64,000 nucleotides of DNA. Source: Naegleria gruberi (taxonomy: Eukaryota). The notes beneath the pieces are model-generated. The model made no database searches. It was not told the origin of the DNA and worked only from the letters and a program-made list of their open reading frames with translations. The position numbers were made by a program, and so were the translations under genes. Each line of letters starts with the position of its first letter. The stretch's first letter is position 1. The stretch is from NCBI GenBank assembly GCA_000004985.1, contig GG738901.1; one strand, given 5' to 3'. Positions 63,790 to 64,000 of this stretch are shown piece after piece.

Positions 63790-64000
63790 TCATTTGAATT
63801 TAATAATTCGTCCTGAACTAGCAATCAATAATTCGCCAGAACGTTCATCCAAACAAATTCCAGTAATTTTCCCATCCATTTTGTGTTCCTTTACAATTTC
63901 CAAATCGCTTCTTCTCAAAACTAAAACGCTATCAGTAAAGGTATTGGTAAGAATAATATATTGTCTTGATGAGTCATAAACTATTCCATAAAAGTCACTT
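63790..64000 (-). CDS. 3' end of a gene entering from the right edge; beta-propeller (NHL-like) repeat character
   Basis: The minus strand is open from the window edge to TGA at 63792-63790. It reads SDFYGIVYDSSRQYIILTNTFTDSVLVLRRSDLEIVKEHKMDGKITGICLDERSGELLIASSGRIIKFK*. The repeat assignment rests on pattern only. Confidence 0.5.
   Translation of the reverse strand, partial: SDFYGIVYDSSRQYIILTNTFTDSVLVLRRSDLEIVKEHKMDGKITGICLDERSGELLIASSGRIIKFK

Noticed and set aside
1-64000. Prokaryotic interpretation (operons, CRISPR, phage or defence islands)
   Set aside because: Spliceosomal introns with GT...AG boundaries are needed to restore conserved domains. The tRNAs lack encoded CCA and have oligo-T terminators. 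Eukaryote-specific families are present (14-3-3, G-alpha, La, PARG, serpin, ubiquitin-like). No direct-repeat/spacer array was seen.

Overview
This is AT-rich, gene-dense eukaryotic nuclear DNA, not prokaryotic. Many ORFs join into complete proteins only after short spliceosomal introns are removed. These introns are 43-235 nt, mostly GTAAGT...YAG, and I checked every model for reading phase and for total length divisible by 3. There are three pol III-type tRNA genes without encoded CCA, and most start codons follow an A-run (aaaaaATG). I support about 36 protein-coding loci. They include PARG, a 14-3-3 protein, gluconokinase, a La protein, a serpin, a UvrD-type helicase-nuclease, a group II PLP decarboxylase, two F-box/RNI-type LRR proteins and a TM2-domain protein. 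I also call tRNA-Lys(UUU), tRNA-Glu(UUC), an aberrant tRNA-Asn(GUU)-like gene, one candidate U1-like snRNA, decayed fragments of a tyrosine-recombinase (DIRS/Crypton-like) mobile element, and a recent ~0.86-kb segmental duplication flanking those fragments. The domain repertoire (F-box+LRR expansion, kinase-cyclase fusion, DUF4116) suggests a heterolobosean amoeba such as Naegleria, but that is inference and not a database result. The most interesting items are: (i) a physically linked 7TM receptor / degenerate G-alpha / 2,215-aa kinase-AAA-GAF-cyclase module at 29.8-39.4 kb; (ii) an EF1A/eRF3/HBS1-like pseudo-GTPase whose ORF is interrupted by exactly one in-frame TAA; (iii) a DUF4116-repeat protein ending in a ubiquitin-like domain with a free C-terminal RLRGG; (iv) a chimeric gene created at the duplication breakpoint beside the mobile-element debris. 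Four loci have broken or overlapping reading frames. Each could be an assembly indel, a pseudogene or recoding, and I cannot tell which from sequence alone.
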